From positions 2,049 through 66,048 of the forward strand of contig JAFVVS010000123.1 in assembly GCA_017502025.1 (NCBI GenBank): a DNA stretch of 64,000 nucleotides. The letters run 5' to 3'. Position 1 is the stretch's first letter; each line of letters opens with the position of its first letter. Positions 48,063 to 58,227 of the stretch are shown in pieces. The notes below the pieces were generated by a model that ran no database searches, was not told the origin of the DNA, and saw nothing but the letters and a program-made list of their open reading frames with translations. Both the position numbers and the translations under genes were made by a program. The stretch comes from Alistipes sp. (GTDB lineage Bacteria; Bacteroidota; Bacteroidia; Bacteroidales; Rikenellaceae).

Positions 48063-49325
48063 TCAGTTCCGTTTTCCGCTTTCCGTTCTCAAAACAAAGT
48101 GTTCGAGCACCAGCACCACGATAATGCCCATAACAAAGCCGTTGCCGACGATTGGGCGCAACAAAGAGGGAACTGCTGCCATTGCCTCGGCTGGGGCAAA
48201 TGAGAGGATAATCGTGAGCATAATCGGCAAACCGAGTATCAAGCCATCCTTGAACGAAAGTACCGCCTTCGATGAGTGGATAATCTCCAAACCGGCTGCC
48301 ACCTGCGTAGCCATAAGGAAGAGCAGAACGATACCCATAATTGGCTGTGGGATAGTCAGCAATACTGCCACCGCCTTCGGGAAAAATGCCAACACGACCA
48401 TCGCCACGGCTGCCGGTAACATAGTGTAGCGAGATGCGCACGATGTCGAAGCCACAACGCCCGGCGAGAGCGAGTAGTCGACCATGCCCGGAACACCCGC
48501 TGCTCCGCTTACCATATTTATAATACCCGTAACGAGGAGTCCTCGTGTTTGGCGTTTGCCCATATCCGATGCACCCACCATATCGCCAAGCGACTGCACC
48601 GAGCCCACCTGATTGATAAGCAGGGCGATGTAGCAGAAGAGGAAGGCGATGATGACACCTGCATCGAGATTGTACTCCGAAAGGATGAGTTGCGGAGCGA
48701 CCGTATCGCTCACAAACTCCTTCGGGAACTCGGTCATCGCATAGTAGAAGATAGAGCCGAAAATCATCGCCAAAATCACGACGGTCGATTTCCAAATGCC
48801 CTTAAAGACATTGTTTGCCCACGCCATAATCGCCGTGCCGACGATTGCCGCAACGAGTGCCAGCCCTGCGTGAGCCTTATCGGCAAAAATCAACCCTACG
48901 ATAGGCTTTGCCATAGTGAACGAAATCAGAATGACGATTGCCGCAACGATGCGAGGAGTGAAGATGCGCTTGACATACTTCATTGCTCCGACTGCCGCCA
49001 AGAGTGTAACCAACGCTCCGCCAACAATCATAGAAGGGTAGATTGTCGATGCTCCGTGTCCTTGCGAAGCAGCGGCGATAACGCCCATCAACAGTACGGC
49101 GGCAGGGCCTGCCACCAATGGCAGGCGATGCCCCCATAATACCTGTATAATAATGGTGATGCCACAGATGATAAAGAGTTTTTGGGTAAAGAATACCATC
49201 TCGCCCGCAGGTGCAATAAATGTGCTCGTAAGCACTACGGGGATGCAAATCATCAGCCACTGCAAGCCATAGAGCAGTAGTGCTCCAACCCCCAACTTAT
49301 CATCTATGTTATACCTTAGTCTCAC
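48063..49325 (-). CDS. NCS2 xanthine/uracil permease
   Basis: Multi-TM; GLQW, GHRLP, nucleobase transporter topology. Confidence 0.85.
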   Translation of the reverse strand: MRLRYNIDDKLGVGALLLYGLQWLMICIPVVLTSTFIAPAGEMVFFTQKLFIICGITIIIQVLWGHRLPLVAGPAAVLLMGVIAAASQGHGASTIYPSMIVGGALVTLLAAVGAMKYVKRIFTPRIVAAIVILISFTMAKPIVGLIFADKAHAGLALVAAIVGTAIMAWANNVFKGIWKSTVVILAMIFGSIFYYAMTEFPKEFVSDTVAPQLILSEYNLDAGVIIAFLFCYIALLINQVGSVQSLGDMVGASDMGKRQTRGLLVTGIINMVSGAAGVPGMVDYSLSPGVVASTSCASRYTMLPAAVAMVVLAFFPKAVAVLLTIPQPIMGIVLLFLMATQVAAGLEIIHSSKAVLSFKDGLILGLPIMLTIILSFAPAEAMAAVPSLLRPIVGNGFVMGIIVVLVLEHFVLRTESGKRN

Positions 49326-49460
49326 TAAATTAAAAATTAAGAATTAAGAATTAAAAATTTCTCGTTAGAAGATGGTTTTTTTGTGTAGTCGTAGTTGTCG
49401 ATTTTTATATCTCTACTCTAATATCCCTAACGACTCTAACGCCCCTAACGACTCTAATCT

Positions 49461-50267
49461 CTACTTCTTTGCGTCGCACATCTCCTTGACAATCTTCTTT
49501 GCAAGAACAGGCTCATCGGTGGTGATGAAATCTACGCCATTTTGAATGCACCAGCGGATATCCTCCTCCTTATTTACGGTCCAAGCATTGACGGTCAAGC
49601 CTAACTTGTGAGCCTGCTTGATCCAGTTCTTTTTCTTCTTCCAAACCTTGATGTTGTAGTCGAGGCTGTTGCAACCCAAACCCTTCACATAGAGAGGGTC
49701 GTAGTTGCCACTCAAGTAGGCGATTTTAGAGCCCTCTGGAGCCTTCTTTGCCAACTCGTAGCATATCCAAGGATGAGCTGCGAGGTATTCTACATTATTC
49801 TGCATACCCATCTGCTCTACGGTAGCAATAACTGCCTCTACGAGCTCTGTCTCACGCTGTGGAGTAGCTTGACTCTTAAGGTCGAGCATAAGCTTTGTTG
49901 CAGGCTTCTTCTTTGCTCGTTTGAGGAAATCCTCCAATGTCGAGATGTACTCACCATTTGCGTAAGGGATGTTGAGCATCTTCTCCAAGGTCGAACGCTG
50001 AACATCAGCCTTTGGCGATGCCTTACGGTTAGGGTGCCAACCACTCTGAACAACCAATACCTCGCCATCCTTTGTGAGGTTTACATCGCACTCCGACGCA
50101 TAAACCTTTAACTTCTGTGCCGCTTTGAGTGCGCTGATTGTGTTCTTCGCACCGCTCGACGGAGCCTTGTGATAACCTCCATTAGCTACAATCTGCGGAG
50201 CCTTGTATTGAGCCGATACTGCGAATGCTGTGGCTACTGCCAATATCGCTAAAAATATCTTTTTCAT
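49461..50267 (-). CDS. Glycerophosphodiester phosphodiesterase-like protein, catalytic His residues absent
   Basis: GDPD fold (SECDV.LTKDG, AWTVN, ITTD) but ANGG for AHRG and VVQ for VVH. Confidence 0.85.
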   Translation of the reverse strand: MKKIFLAILAVATAFAVSAQYKAPQIVANGGYHKAPSSGAKNTISALKAAQKLKVYASECDVNLTKDGEVLVVQSGWHPNRKASPKADVQRSTLEKMLNIPYANGEYISTLEDFLKRAKKKPATKLMLDLKSQATPQRETELVEAVIATVEQMGMQNNVEYLAAHPWICYELAKKAPEGSKIAYLSGNYDPLYVKGLGCNSLDYNIKVWKKKKNWIKQAHKLGLTVNAWTVNKEEDIRWCIQNGVDFITTDEPVLAKKIVKEMCDAKK

Positions 50268-50295
50268 ATCTTTAAGTCTGTTTTTTACAGGTTGA

Positions 50296-51093
50296 TTATT
50301 TGCACATTTCGTTGATGATGTTCTGAACGAGCACCGGATCGTCGGTGGTGATGTAATCTACTCCATTCTGGATGCACCAGCGGATATCCTCATCCTTATT
50401 TACGGTCCAAGCATTCACATACATACCGAGTTTGTGAGCCTGCTTGATCCAATTCTTCTTCCTTTTCAAAACGGTGTATCGGTAGTCGATGCCCTTGCAA
50501 CCCATACCCTTGCAATACTGTGGCGAGTAGTCGCCGTTGAGGTAGGCAATCTTTGTTCCCTTCGGAGCAAGGCGTGCAATCTCCCAGCAAACAAATGGGC
50601 GGAATGCGATATACTCAACCTCCTCCTGCAAGTTGTACTTCGCAACCATATCGACAGTCTTCTGTACGATTTCGGTTTCGAGTTGTGGGGTGAGCTGATC
50701 CTTAATCTCGATGATGAGCTTGGTGTTCTTCGACTTTGTCATCTGCTGGCAGTACTCCTCGAATGTAGGCACAACCTCGCCGCTTTCGAGAAGAATAGCC
50801 TGCACCTTCTCCTTGGTGCTGCGCTGAACATTTACACGAGGCTTTCCATCCTTCTTACCCGGGTGGTAAGGGCCGTGAACTACCAAAACCTCGCCATCCT
50901 TAGTGAGTTGGAGGTCACACTCCGAACCCCAAAACTTTGCCTCCTGAGCAGCCTTCAACGCATTGAGCGAGTTGCGAGCTGCACCCTCCGAAGCGTGGAA
51001 ACCTCGGTGAGCGATAATCTGTGGCGCCTTATACTGCGCCGATGCTGTGATACCAATCATAGCAGCTACCAATAAAATTAAGACCTTTTTCAT
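50296..51093 (-). CDS. Glycerophosphodiester phosphodiesterase, secreted
   Basis: IAHRG, SECD, VVH, IEIK, AWTVN, ITTD. Confidence 0.92.
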   Translation of the reverse strand: MKKVLILLVAAMIGITASAQYKAPQIIAHRGFHASEGAARNSLNALKAAQEAKFWGSECDLQLTKDGEVLVVHGPYHPGKKDGKPRVNVQRSTKEKVQAILLESGEVVPTFEEYCQQMTKSKNTKLIIEIKDQLTPQLETEIVQKTVDMVAKYNLQEEVEYIAFRPFVCWEIARLAPKGTKIAYLNGDYSPQYCKGMGCKGIDYRYTVLKRKKNWIKQAHKLGMYVNAWTVNKDEDIRWCIQNGVDYITTDDPVLVQNIINEMCK

Positions 51094-51217
51094 AATAAGT
51101 TATCGTTAAAATAGTTTAAGTATAGTGCAAAAACTCTACAAATATATGAAAAATTGTTGAAATGTTGTATCTTTGTCGCTGAAAAAAGCCAATGGCTAAA
51201 AGCAAAGCAAAGAAACA

Positions 51218-51625
51218 ATGCAGGAGTATATTTCGAAACAGCAACAGATTTTCCGTTCGGCAGCACAGATTTTTCCGCTGATATCAAACTTTTCGCTTCT
51301 TACCCCCGCAGTTGCGGATAAGGTCGAGGAGTGGCAGGCCGACGAGGAGCATTGCTCGTTCAAGTTCAAGGGCTTTACCGTGGGCTTGCGTATTGCCGAG
51401 AAGGTTGAGAATAAGCATATTAAGGTCGTAGGCGACGGCGGTACCGTGCCTATGGACTTCGCCTTTTGGATTCAGTTGCACCAGGTTTCGGAGGGCGATA
51501 CCCGCATCCGCTTGGTGTTGCACGCCGAGCTGAATATGATGATGCGAATGATGATAGGCAAGAAGTTGCAGGGCGGACTCGATCAAGCCGTTGAGGGGTT
51601 GGCAAAGGCATTTAACCAGATTTAG
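51218..51625 (+). CDS. SRPBCC/CoxG-like small protein
   Basis: 135 aa START-like pattern with C-terminal helix; promoter TATCTTTG upstream. Confidence 0.65.
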   Translation: MQEYISKQQQIFRSAAQIFPLISNFSLLTPAVADKVEEWQADEEHCSFKFKGFTVGLRIAEKVENKHIKVVGDGGTVPMDFAFWIQLHQVSEGDTRIRLVLHAELNMMMRMMIGKKLQGGLDQAVEGLAKAFNQI

Positions 51626-51850
51626 CGAGGAGTTAGGAGATAGGAATTAGGAGTTAGGAGTTTGGAAAGAGGTGTTAGGAACTAAAAAATTCTCAATTCT
51701 CAATCCTCAATTCTCAATTCTCAATCAAAAAAACTCTCTAATTGCTTAATTTTGTAAAAAATAACGAAAAATTTTGCTCGGTTTCCAAATTAAATGTATA
51801 TTTGCAACCGCAAAAAAAGGATATTAAATTTTTATAAAGTATTAATAGTT

Positions 51851-52123
51851 ATGACAAAGGCAGATATCGTAAACGAAATTGCGAAGAAGACAGGTGTTGA
51901 GAAGACACAGATTCAGACTATCGTAGAGGCATTCATGGAGGAGGTTAAGATCTCGCTCGAGAAGGAGGAGAATGTATATCTTCGTGGTTTTGGTTCGTTC
52001 ATTATCAAGAAGCGTGCAGAGAAGGTTGCTCGCAACATCTCGAAGAACACCACTATCACTATCCCTGCACACAACATTCCGGCATTTAAGCCTGCAAAGT
52101 CTTTCACTTCGAAGATTAAGTAA
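51851..52123 (+). CDS. HU/IHF-family DNA-binding protein
   Basis: MTKADIV...LRGFGSF...RNISKN...PAFKP; start ATG 51851; promoter TATATTTG at 51797. Confidence 0.95.
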   Translation: MTKADIVNEIAKKTGVEKTQIQTIVEAFMEEVKISLEKEENVYLRGFGSFIIKKRAEKVARNISKNTTITIPAHNIPAFKPAKSFTSKIK

Positions 52124-52150
52124 TATAAACCATATAAATAATTTACAACT

Positions 52151-52240
52151 ATGCCAAACGGAAAGAAGCATAAGCGTCACAAGATGGCTACACACAAGCG
52201 CAAGAAGCGTCTGCGTAAGGACCGTCACAAGAAGAAGTAA
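52151..52240 (+). CDS. Small basic ribosomal protein bS22 (AURKAIP1/COX24-domain)
   Basis: MPNGKKHKRHKMATHKRKKRLRKDRHKKK, 29 aa; below the ORF-track cutoff. Confidence 0.88.
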   Translation: MPNGKKHKRHKMATHKRKKRLRKDRHKKK

Positions 52241-52427
52241 AAACTGCACTTCTTCCATAGGTTTTAACGCTAAGAGTGCAGATGCCTCTTAGCGTTACCT
52301 ATTTTAATTAGCGGTTGCTAATTAATTGATAATTGAAAATTGACAATTGATAATTAAATGAACTTTTAATTTTTAATTCTTAATTTTTAATTTATTGGGC
52401 TAATAGCCAAATAATCAAGCACTAACG

Positions 52428-54014
52428 ATGAATAGAGAACTAATCATAAATGTAACATCCACCGAGATTAATATCGCCTTGTGCGAGGATAAAGTCTTGG
52501 CGGAGTTGAACCGTGAGGTTGCCCATACGGGCTTTGCGGTTGGTGATATCTATCTCGGCAAGGTGCATAAGATTATGCCCGGACTCAATGCTGCGTTCGT
52601 GAATATTGGTCACGAGCGTGATGCCTTTATCCACTACCAAGATTTGGGAACACACTTCCCTTCGCTCTGCAAGATTGTAAAGAGCTATCAACCCGGCAGT
52701 CGTGGTTTGCGTCTCGACACTATGAAAATCGACTCTGCGCCCGAGGTTGAGAAGGATGGTAAGATTACCAGCTATTTGCAGGTCGGACAGATCGTTATGG
52801 TGCAGATTGCCAAGGAGGCAATCTCGACCAAGGGTCCTCGTCTGACAGCAGATATCTCGCTTGCAGGCCGAAATATTGTTCTCTTACCTTTTACCTCGAA
52901 GGTGATGATTTCGCAGAAGATTCGTTCCAACGAGGAGAAAAAACGATTGAAGCGAGTTGCAGCGGGCGTTTTACCGAAGAACTTCGGTGTGATTATCCGC
53001 ACGGCTGCGGTCAATGCCTCCGACCTCGATGTCGAGCAGGATATTTTGGCGGCAGTAGAGAAGTGGCGCAAGACCTGCCAGCAGATTCGCAAACGCACCG
53101 CACCGTCGTTGCTGATGGGCGAGATGAGCCGAGCAAATACGATTATTCGTGATACGCTCGATGGCTCGTTCTCGCAGATTTGTGTCGACGACGAGGCGAT
53201 GTATAATGAGATTCGCTCCTACATTCGTGCCGTAGATGCCGAGAAGGAGCGCATCGTGAAGCTATACCGTGGCACAGTGCCGATTTTTGACAACTTCGAC
53301 ATTTCACGACAGATTAAATCGCTGTTCGCAAAGTATGTGTCGTTGAAGCGTGGAGCCTACCTTATTATGGAGTCCACCGAGGCTATGCATGTCATAGATG
53401 TAAACTCGGGAAATCGCACCAAGGCCGAGGATAATCAGGAGCAGACGGCAATGGAGGTAAATCTCGCTGCCGCCGCCGAAATTGCACGACAGATTCGTCT
53501 GCGTGATTGGGGCGGTTTGGTCATTGTCGATTTTATTGATATGCATAAGGCGCAAAATCGCCAACTCCTCTACGAGGAGATGCAGCGACTTATGGCATCG
53601 GATAAGGCAAAGCATACTATCCTTCCACTCTCGAAGTTCGGATTGATGCAGATTACTCGTCAGCGTATTCGCCCTGTGGCGGTACACAATACGGAGGATA
53701 TCTGTCCGGCGTGTGGTGGAACAGGAAGGGTAGAACCTACAATTCTTCTCGATCGCAAGATCGAAAATCAGATATCGTTGCTTACCGTAGAGCGAGGACA
53801 CAAATATATTCGCTTGGTGGTGAGCCCTTATGTAGCAGCCTTCTTGAAGAAGGGCTTCCTCTCGTTGCGTCGCAGATGGTCGTGGCGATATGGAGCTACA
53901 ATCAAGGTGGTAGCCGATCAAAGTGTCGGTATGATTGAGGTGCGCTACGAGGATAAGGATGGAAATGATATTCTGAATGTGAAGAAGGCTGAAAAGTCTA
54001 AAAAGAAAAAGTAG
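52428..54014 (+). CDS. rng: Ribonuclease E/G family
   Basis: GDIYLGKV...PGLNAAFV, KGPRLT, IDVNSG, DFID, CPAC. Confidence 0.93.
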   Translation: MNRELIINVTSTEINIALCEDKVLAELNREVAHTGFAVGDIYLGKVHKIMPGLNAAFVNIGHERDAFIHYQDLGTHFPSLCKIVKSYQPGSRGLRLDTMKIDSAPEVEKDGKITSYLQVGQIVMVQIAKEAISTKGPRLTADISLAGRNIVLLPFTSKVMISQKIRSNEEKKRLKRVAAGVLPKNFGVIIRTAAVNASDLDVEQDILAAVEKWRKTCQQIRKRTAPSLLMGEMSRANTIIRDTLDGSFSQICVDDEAMYNEIRSYIRAVDAEKERIVKLYRGTVPIFDNFDISRQIKSLFAKYVSLKRGAYLIMESTEAMHVIDVNSGNRTKAEDNQEQTAMEVNLAAAAEIARQIRLRDWGGLVIVDFIDMHKAQNRQLLYEEMQRLMASDKAKHTILPLSKFGLMQITRQRIRPVAVHNTEDICPACGGTGRVEPTILLDRKIENQISLLTVERGHKYIRLVVSPYVAAFLKKGFLSLRRRWSWRYGATIKVVADQSVGMIEVRYEDKDGNDILNVKKAEKSKKKK

Positions 54015-54030
54015 GTAGGGAGCATACTTT

Positions 54031-57000
54031 ATGCACGAAATACTGAGATCTGCCGAGGGCTCGCCTCAAATTGAGCAACTCGGTAAAGTGTTGGAGAAAA
54101 AAGGCAGCACCGTCCTTCTCAACGAGATGGTCGGCGGTGCCTTTTTATTTTATATGGCGGCAACCATTGCTCGCAAGGGCGGTGTGCATATCATCGTGAG
54201 CGAGGATAGGGATGCTGCTGCATACGCCTTGAACGACCTCTACGCCTTGTTGGGCGAGGAGCGGGTGCTGTTCTTCCCGTCGGCATATAAACGCTCCATT
54301 GTCTATGGTACAGAGGAGGCAGAGAGCGTGGTAATGCGCACGGGAGTGCTCAATGCTCTGAAAAATCGCAAGGATGAGTTTGTCGTTGTTTCGACCTACC
54401 CCGAGGCGTTGGCGGAGCGAGTTGCCGATATGGAGGGCTTGGCGTCGGAGTCGCTACATCTGCGCAGAGGCGACTGCATCGAAGTTGCCGACTTGGAGGA
54501 GCGAGTCAGGGAGTTGGGCTTCGAAAAGGTCGATTTTGTCTATGAGCCCGGTCAATACTCGGTGCGAGGCGGAATCTTCGATATATTCTCCTATTCGGAG
54601 AGCAAACCTTTCCGATTGGACTTTTTCGACAACGAGATAGAGTCGATTCGTCGCTTTGAGCTATCGAGCCAGCTCTCGAACGAACGATTGGAGGAGGTGG
54701 ATGTCATCTCCAATATCAACCGTGCCGATGTCGGCAGGGTGTCGCTGGCAGAGTTTGCCCAGAGGGCAACCTATTGGTTCTCGGATGCCGACTTTGTGCT
54801 GGGCAAGGTCGATGATGTGCGTCGCAAGGCGTTGCAGGAGAGCGATGAGCCCGAGGAGGTGGCATCGAAATTGACCTCTCGCAAGGATCTGCTCGACAAG
54901 ATGACGGAGTCGTGCGTGGTGCTTATGCGCAATACGCTCTCGGAACGACCTGCTTCGCAAACAATCTTGTTCCATACCTCTCCACAAAACAGTTTCAACA
55001 AGAACTTCGAGGTGCTTGCCGATGAGTTGGTGGCACGCCACGAGACGGGCTATCGTACCCTTCTGATGTCGGAGAATAGGGCACAGGCGGAGCGTTTGGA
55101 GGGTTTGCTCTACGCTACGGGGCGTGATGGTGCGAAGTTCGAATTGGCACGCCTGACTCTGCACGAGGGCTTTACCGACCACGACCTCAAAATTTCGCTC
55201 TATGCCGAGCATCGTCTCTTCGAGCGTTATCGTCGCTACAAGATAAACGGTCAGATTAAGCGTGACGAGCAGATGACCATTGCCGAGCTGAACTCGTTGC
55301 AGGTGGGCGACTATGTCACCCATATCGACCACGGCGTTGGTCGCTTTGGTGGTCTGGTCAAGATTGAAGAGGGTGGTAAGATGCACGAGGCTATAAAGTT
55401 GGTCTATCGTGATGGCGATGTCCTCTTTGTGAATGTCCACTCGTTGCACCGCATTGCCCGCTACAAGAGCGGCGACGAGGATGCACCAAAGGTGCATAAA
55501 CTCGGTAGTGGAGCGTGGCAGAAGATTAAAAACGCCGCCAAGAAGGCGGTCAAAGATATTTCGAGAGAGCTTATTGCCCTCTACGCCAAGCGCAAGGCGA
55601 GCGAGGGTTTTGCTTTTTCGCCCGATAGCTATCTGCAACAGGCGTTGGAGGCTTCGTTCGAGTGGGAGGATACGCCCGATCAATTGAAGGCTTCCGAGGC
55701 GGTTAAGCGAGATATGGAGTCGGAACGCCCTATGGATAGATTGCTCTGTGGCGATGTCGGCTTCGGAAAGACCGAGGTGGCTATCCGTGCAGCATTCAAG
55801 GCGGCAACCGATGGCAAGCAGGTGGCGGTGTTGGTGCCTACAACTATTTTGGCACTGCAACACTATCGCTCGTTCAAGAGCCGTCTGCGTGACTTCCCCG
55901 TTACGATAGAGTATCTCAACCGCACCAAGAGCACGAAGGATACTACTCGCATTTTGGAGGAGTTAAAATCGGGTAAGATTGATATCCTTATCGGCACGCA
56001 CAAGATGCTCGGCAAGGGGGTAGAGTTCAACGACCTCGGCTTGCTGATTATCGACGAGGAGCAACGATTTGGCGTGGCTGCGAAGGAGAAACTTACGCAG
56101 TTGCGTGTGAGTGTCGATACGCTGACGCTGACCGCTACGCCGATACCTCGTACCCTGCAATTCTCGCTTATGGGCTCACGAGATTTGTCGATTATCTCGA
56201 CCCCACCGCCAAACCGTCGACCTATCCAGACCGAGTCGCACACCTTCTCGGAGGAGCTTGTCAAAGAGGTTGTCGATGCGGAGTTGCAGCGTGATGGTCA
56301 GGTCTATTTTATCCACAACAGGGTGGAGGATCTGATGACAGTGAAGGGTATGCTGATGCGCTTATGCCCTGGTGCAAGGGTTGCAGTGGCGCACGGACAA
56401 ATGAAGCCGGCCGAACTCGAAAAGACGATTATGGACTTTATCTACCACGACTTCGATATCTTGGTCGCAACCTCGATTGTGGAGAGTGGAGTGGATATTC
56501 CGAATGTCAATACGATAATCATCAACAATGCCGACCGCTTTGGTTTGAGCAATCTGCACCAGCTGCGAGGTCGTGTGGGTCGTAGCGACAGAAAGGCATA
56601 TTGCTATCTGCTTTCACGCCCCGACGAGCTTTTGTCGAGCGATGCACGCCGTCGCTTGCGAGCTATTGAGGAGTTCTCGGACTTGGGATCGGGATTCAAT
56701 ATTGCGATGCAGGACTTGGATATCCGAGGTGCAGGTAACCTTCTCGGAGCGGAGCAGAGTGGCTTTATCGCAAATATTGGCTTCGAAACCTACCAGAAAA
56801 TCTTGAACGAGGCGATTGCAGAGTTGCGTGCCGAGGGATTGGATGTTGCAGGTTTGAGCAACGAGGAGCAGACCGTGGTCGAGGAGATGCGCTATGTTGA
56901 AGATGTGACGCTCGAACTCGGTGTCGAGGCGGAGTTGCCTGATAGCTATGTACGCCAACAGGCGGAGCGTCTGAAACTCTATCGCAGAATAGACGCAATG

Positions 57001-57342
57001 ACCGACGAGGCATCGCTCGTGAAGTTGGAGTCGGAGTTGGAGGACCGCTTCGGCAAGATGCCACAAGCAGCGAAGGAGTTGATGAATGCAGTGCGACTGC
57101 GCTGGGAGGCTATGCGCCTTGGTATGGAGCGTGTGAAGGTCAAAAATGGCTTGATGATAGTCCGCTTTGTGGGCGATGACAAATCGCCATACTATCGTAG
57201 TGAGGTCTTTATGGAGTTACTCCGTAAAATAACCGCTCACCCCGACCGTTTTGTCCTCAAACAGCTCGACGGCAAGTTACAGATGACCGTACGAAGAGTT
57301 GAGAGTGTCGCCTCGGCAGTAGAGGTGCTGAAAGCATTGTAA
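54031..57342 (+). CDS. mfd: Transcription-repair coupling factor
   Basis: CarD/RID domain HIDHGVG, GDVGFGKT, DEEQRFG, TATPIP, QLRGRVGR. Confidence 0.97.
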   Translation: MHEILRSAEGSPQIEQLGKVLEKKGSTVLLNEMVGGAFLFYMAATIARKGGVHIIVSEDRDAAAYALNDLYALLGEERVLFFPSAYKRSIVYGTEEAESVVMRTGVLNALKNRKDEFVVVSTYPEALAERVADMEGLASESLHLRRGDCIEVADLEERVRELGFEKVDFVYEPGQYSVRGGIFDIFSYSESKPFRLDFFDNEIESIRRFELSSQLSNERLEEVDVISNINRADVGRVSLAEFAQRATYWFSDADFVLGKVDDVRRKALQESDEPEEVASKLTSRKDLLDKMTESCVVLMRNTLSERPASQTILFHTSPQNSFNKNFEVLADELVARHETGYRTLLMSENRAQAERLEGLLYATGRDGAKFELARLTLHEGFTDHDLKISLYAEHRLFERYRRYKINGQIKRDEQMTIAELNSLQVGDYVTHIDHGVGRFGGLVKIEEGGKMHEAIKLVYRDGDVLFVNVHSLHRIARYKSGDEDAPKVHKLGSGAWQKIKNAAKKAVKDISRELIALYAKRKASEGFAFSPDSYLQQALEASFEWEDTPDQLKASEAVKRDMESERPMDRLLCGDVGFGKTEVAIRAAFKAATDGKQVAVLVPTTILALQHYRSFKSRLRDFPVTIEYLNRTKSTKDTTRILEELKSGKIDILIGTHKMLGKGVEFNDLGLLIIDEEQRFGVAAKEKLTQLRVSVDTLTLTATPIPRTLQFSLMGSRDLSIISTPPPNRRPIQTESHTFSEELVKEVVDAELQRDGQVYFIHNRVEDLMTVKGMLMRLCPGARVAVAHGQMKPAELEKTIMDFIYHDFDILVATSIVESGVDIPNVNTIIINNADRFGLSNLHQLRGRVGRSDRKAYCYLLSRPDELLSSDARRRLRAIEEFSDLGSGFNIAMQDLDIRGAGNLLGAEQSGFIANIGFETYQKILNEAIAELRAEGLDVAGLSNEEQTVVEEMRYVEDVTLELGVEAELPDSYVRQQAERLKLYRRIDAMTDEASLVKLESELEDRFGKMPQAAKELMNAVRLRWEAMRLGMERVKVKNGLMIVRFVGDDKSPYYRSEVFMELLRKITAHPDRFVLKQLDGKLQMTVRRVESVASAVEVLKAL

Positions 57343-57489
57343 ATGAACGATATATTAAACTGATAATTGACAATTGACAGTTGACAATTAGTGGTAAAAC
57401 GATAAAATCGTTTTTAATTATTTTATTATTGAAAATAAAAATACATTTAATTCTCAATTCTCAATTTTCAATTCTCAATTATTAAATTT

Positions 57490-58227
57490 ATGAGAAATTT
57501 AATCGTAGATGAGGGCAATACTTTGTGTAAGATTGCCGTTTTAGATAAAAGCGAGGTGCTTTGCGAGGCATCTGCGCCCGATTTTGATTTGGCGAAGGCT
57601 GCGGAGCTTGTCGAGCAGTTTTCTGTCGATAAGGCGGTGGTCGCTTCGACCCGTGGAGGTGCGGAGCAGATTTGCGAACAACTCCGCTCGAAAATCGACC
57701 GAGTCTTGCACTTCTCGTCGCAAACCGAGGTGCCAATCGAGATAGAGTACTCCTCACGCCAAACCCTTGGTGCTGACCGCATTGCAGTTGCCGTAGGCGT
57801 AGTTTGCGAGATGGGAATAAGAGATGCGCTCATCGTCGATATGGGCAGTGCCATAACCTACGACATCGTCGAAGACGGAGTATTCAAGGGTGGCAATATC
57901 TCACTCGGTGTGGCGATGCGATTTAGGGCACTCAACGAATTTACCGCTTCGTTGCCGTTGTGCGAGGCGACCGAGCCGAACAATAAGTTCGGGCAATCGA
58001 CCAAAGAGGCTATCGAACAGGGCGTGATGCAGGGCATTTTGCACGAAATCGAGGGCTATGTCGAGCGAATTTCGGCAGAAAACAACAAAAAAAGCATAAT
58101 TTTTTGCGGTGGCGACGCCGAAAGTTTTGTTAATCGAATTAAAAGTGCGATATTTGCACCTCGTAAACTTATGTTTACGGGCTTGAACAGGATTTTGGAG
58201 TATAATGTATCGCAAAACAATATATAG
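57490..58227 (+). CDS. coaX: Type III pantothenate kinase
   Basis: VDEGNT, LGADR, VDMGSAIT, GGNI, GGDA. Confidence 0.93.
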   Translation: MRNLIVDEGNTLCKIAVLDKSEVLCEASAPDFDLAKAAELVEQFSVDKAVVASTRGGAEQICEQLRSKIDRVLHFSSQTEVPIEIEYSSRQTLGADRIAVAVGVVCEMGIRDALIVDMGSAITYDIVEDGVFKGGNISLGVAMRFRALNEFTASLPLCEATEPNNKFGQSTKEAIEQGVMQGILHEIEGYVERISAENNKKSIIFCGGDAESFVNRIKSAIFAPRKLMFTGLNRILEYNVSQNNI

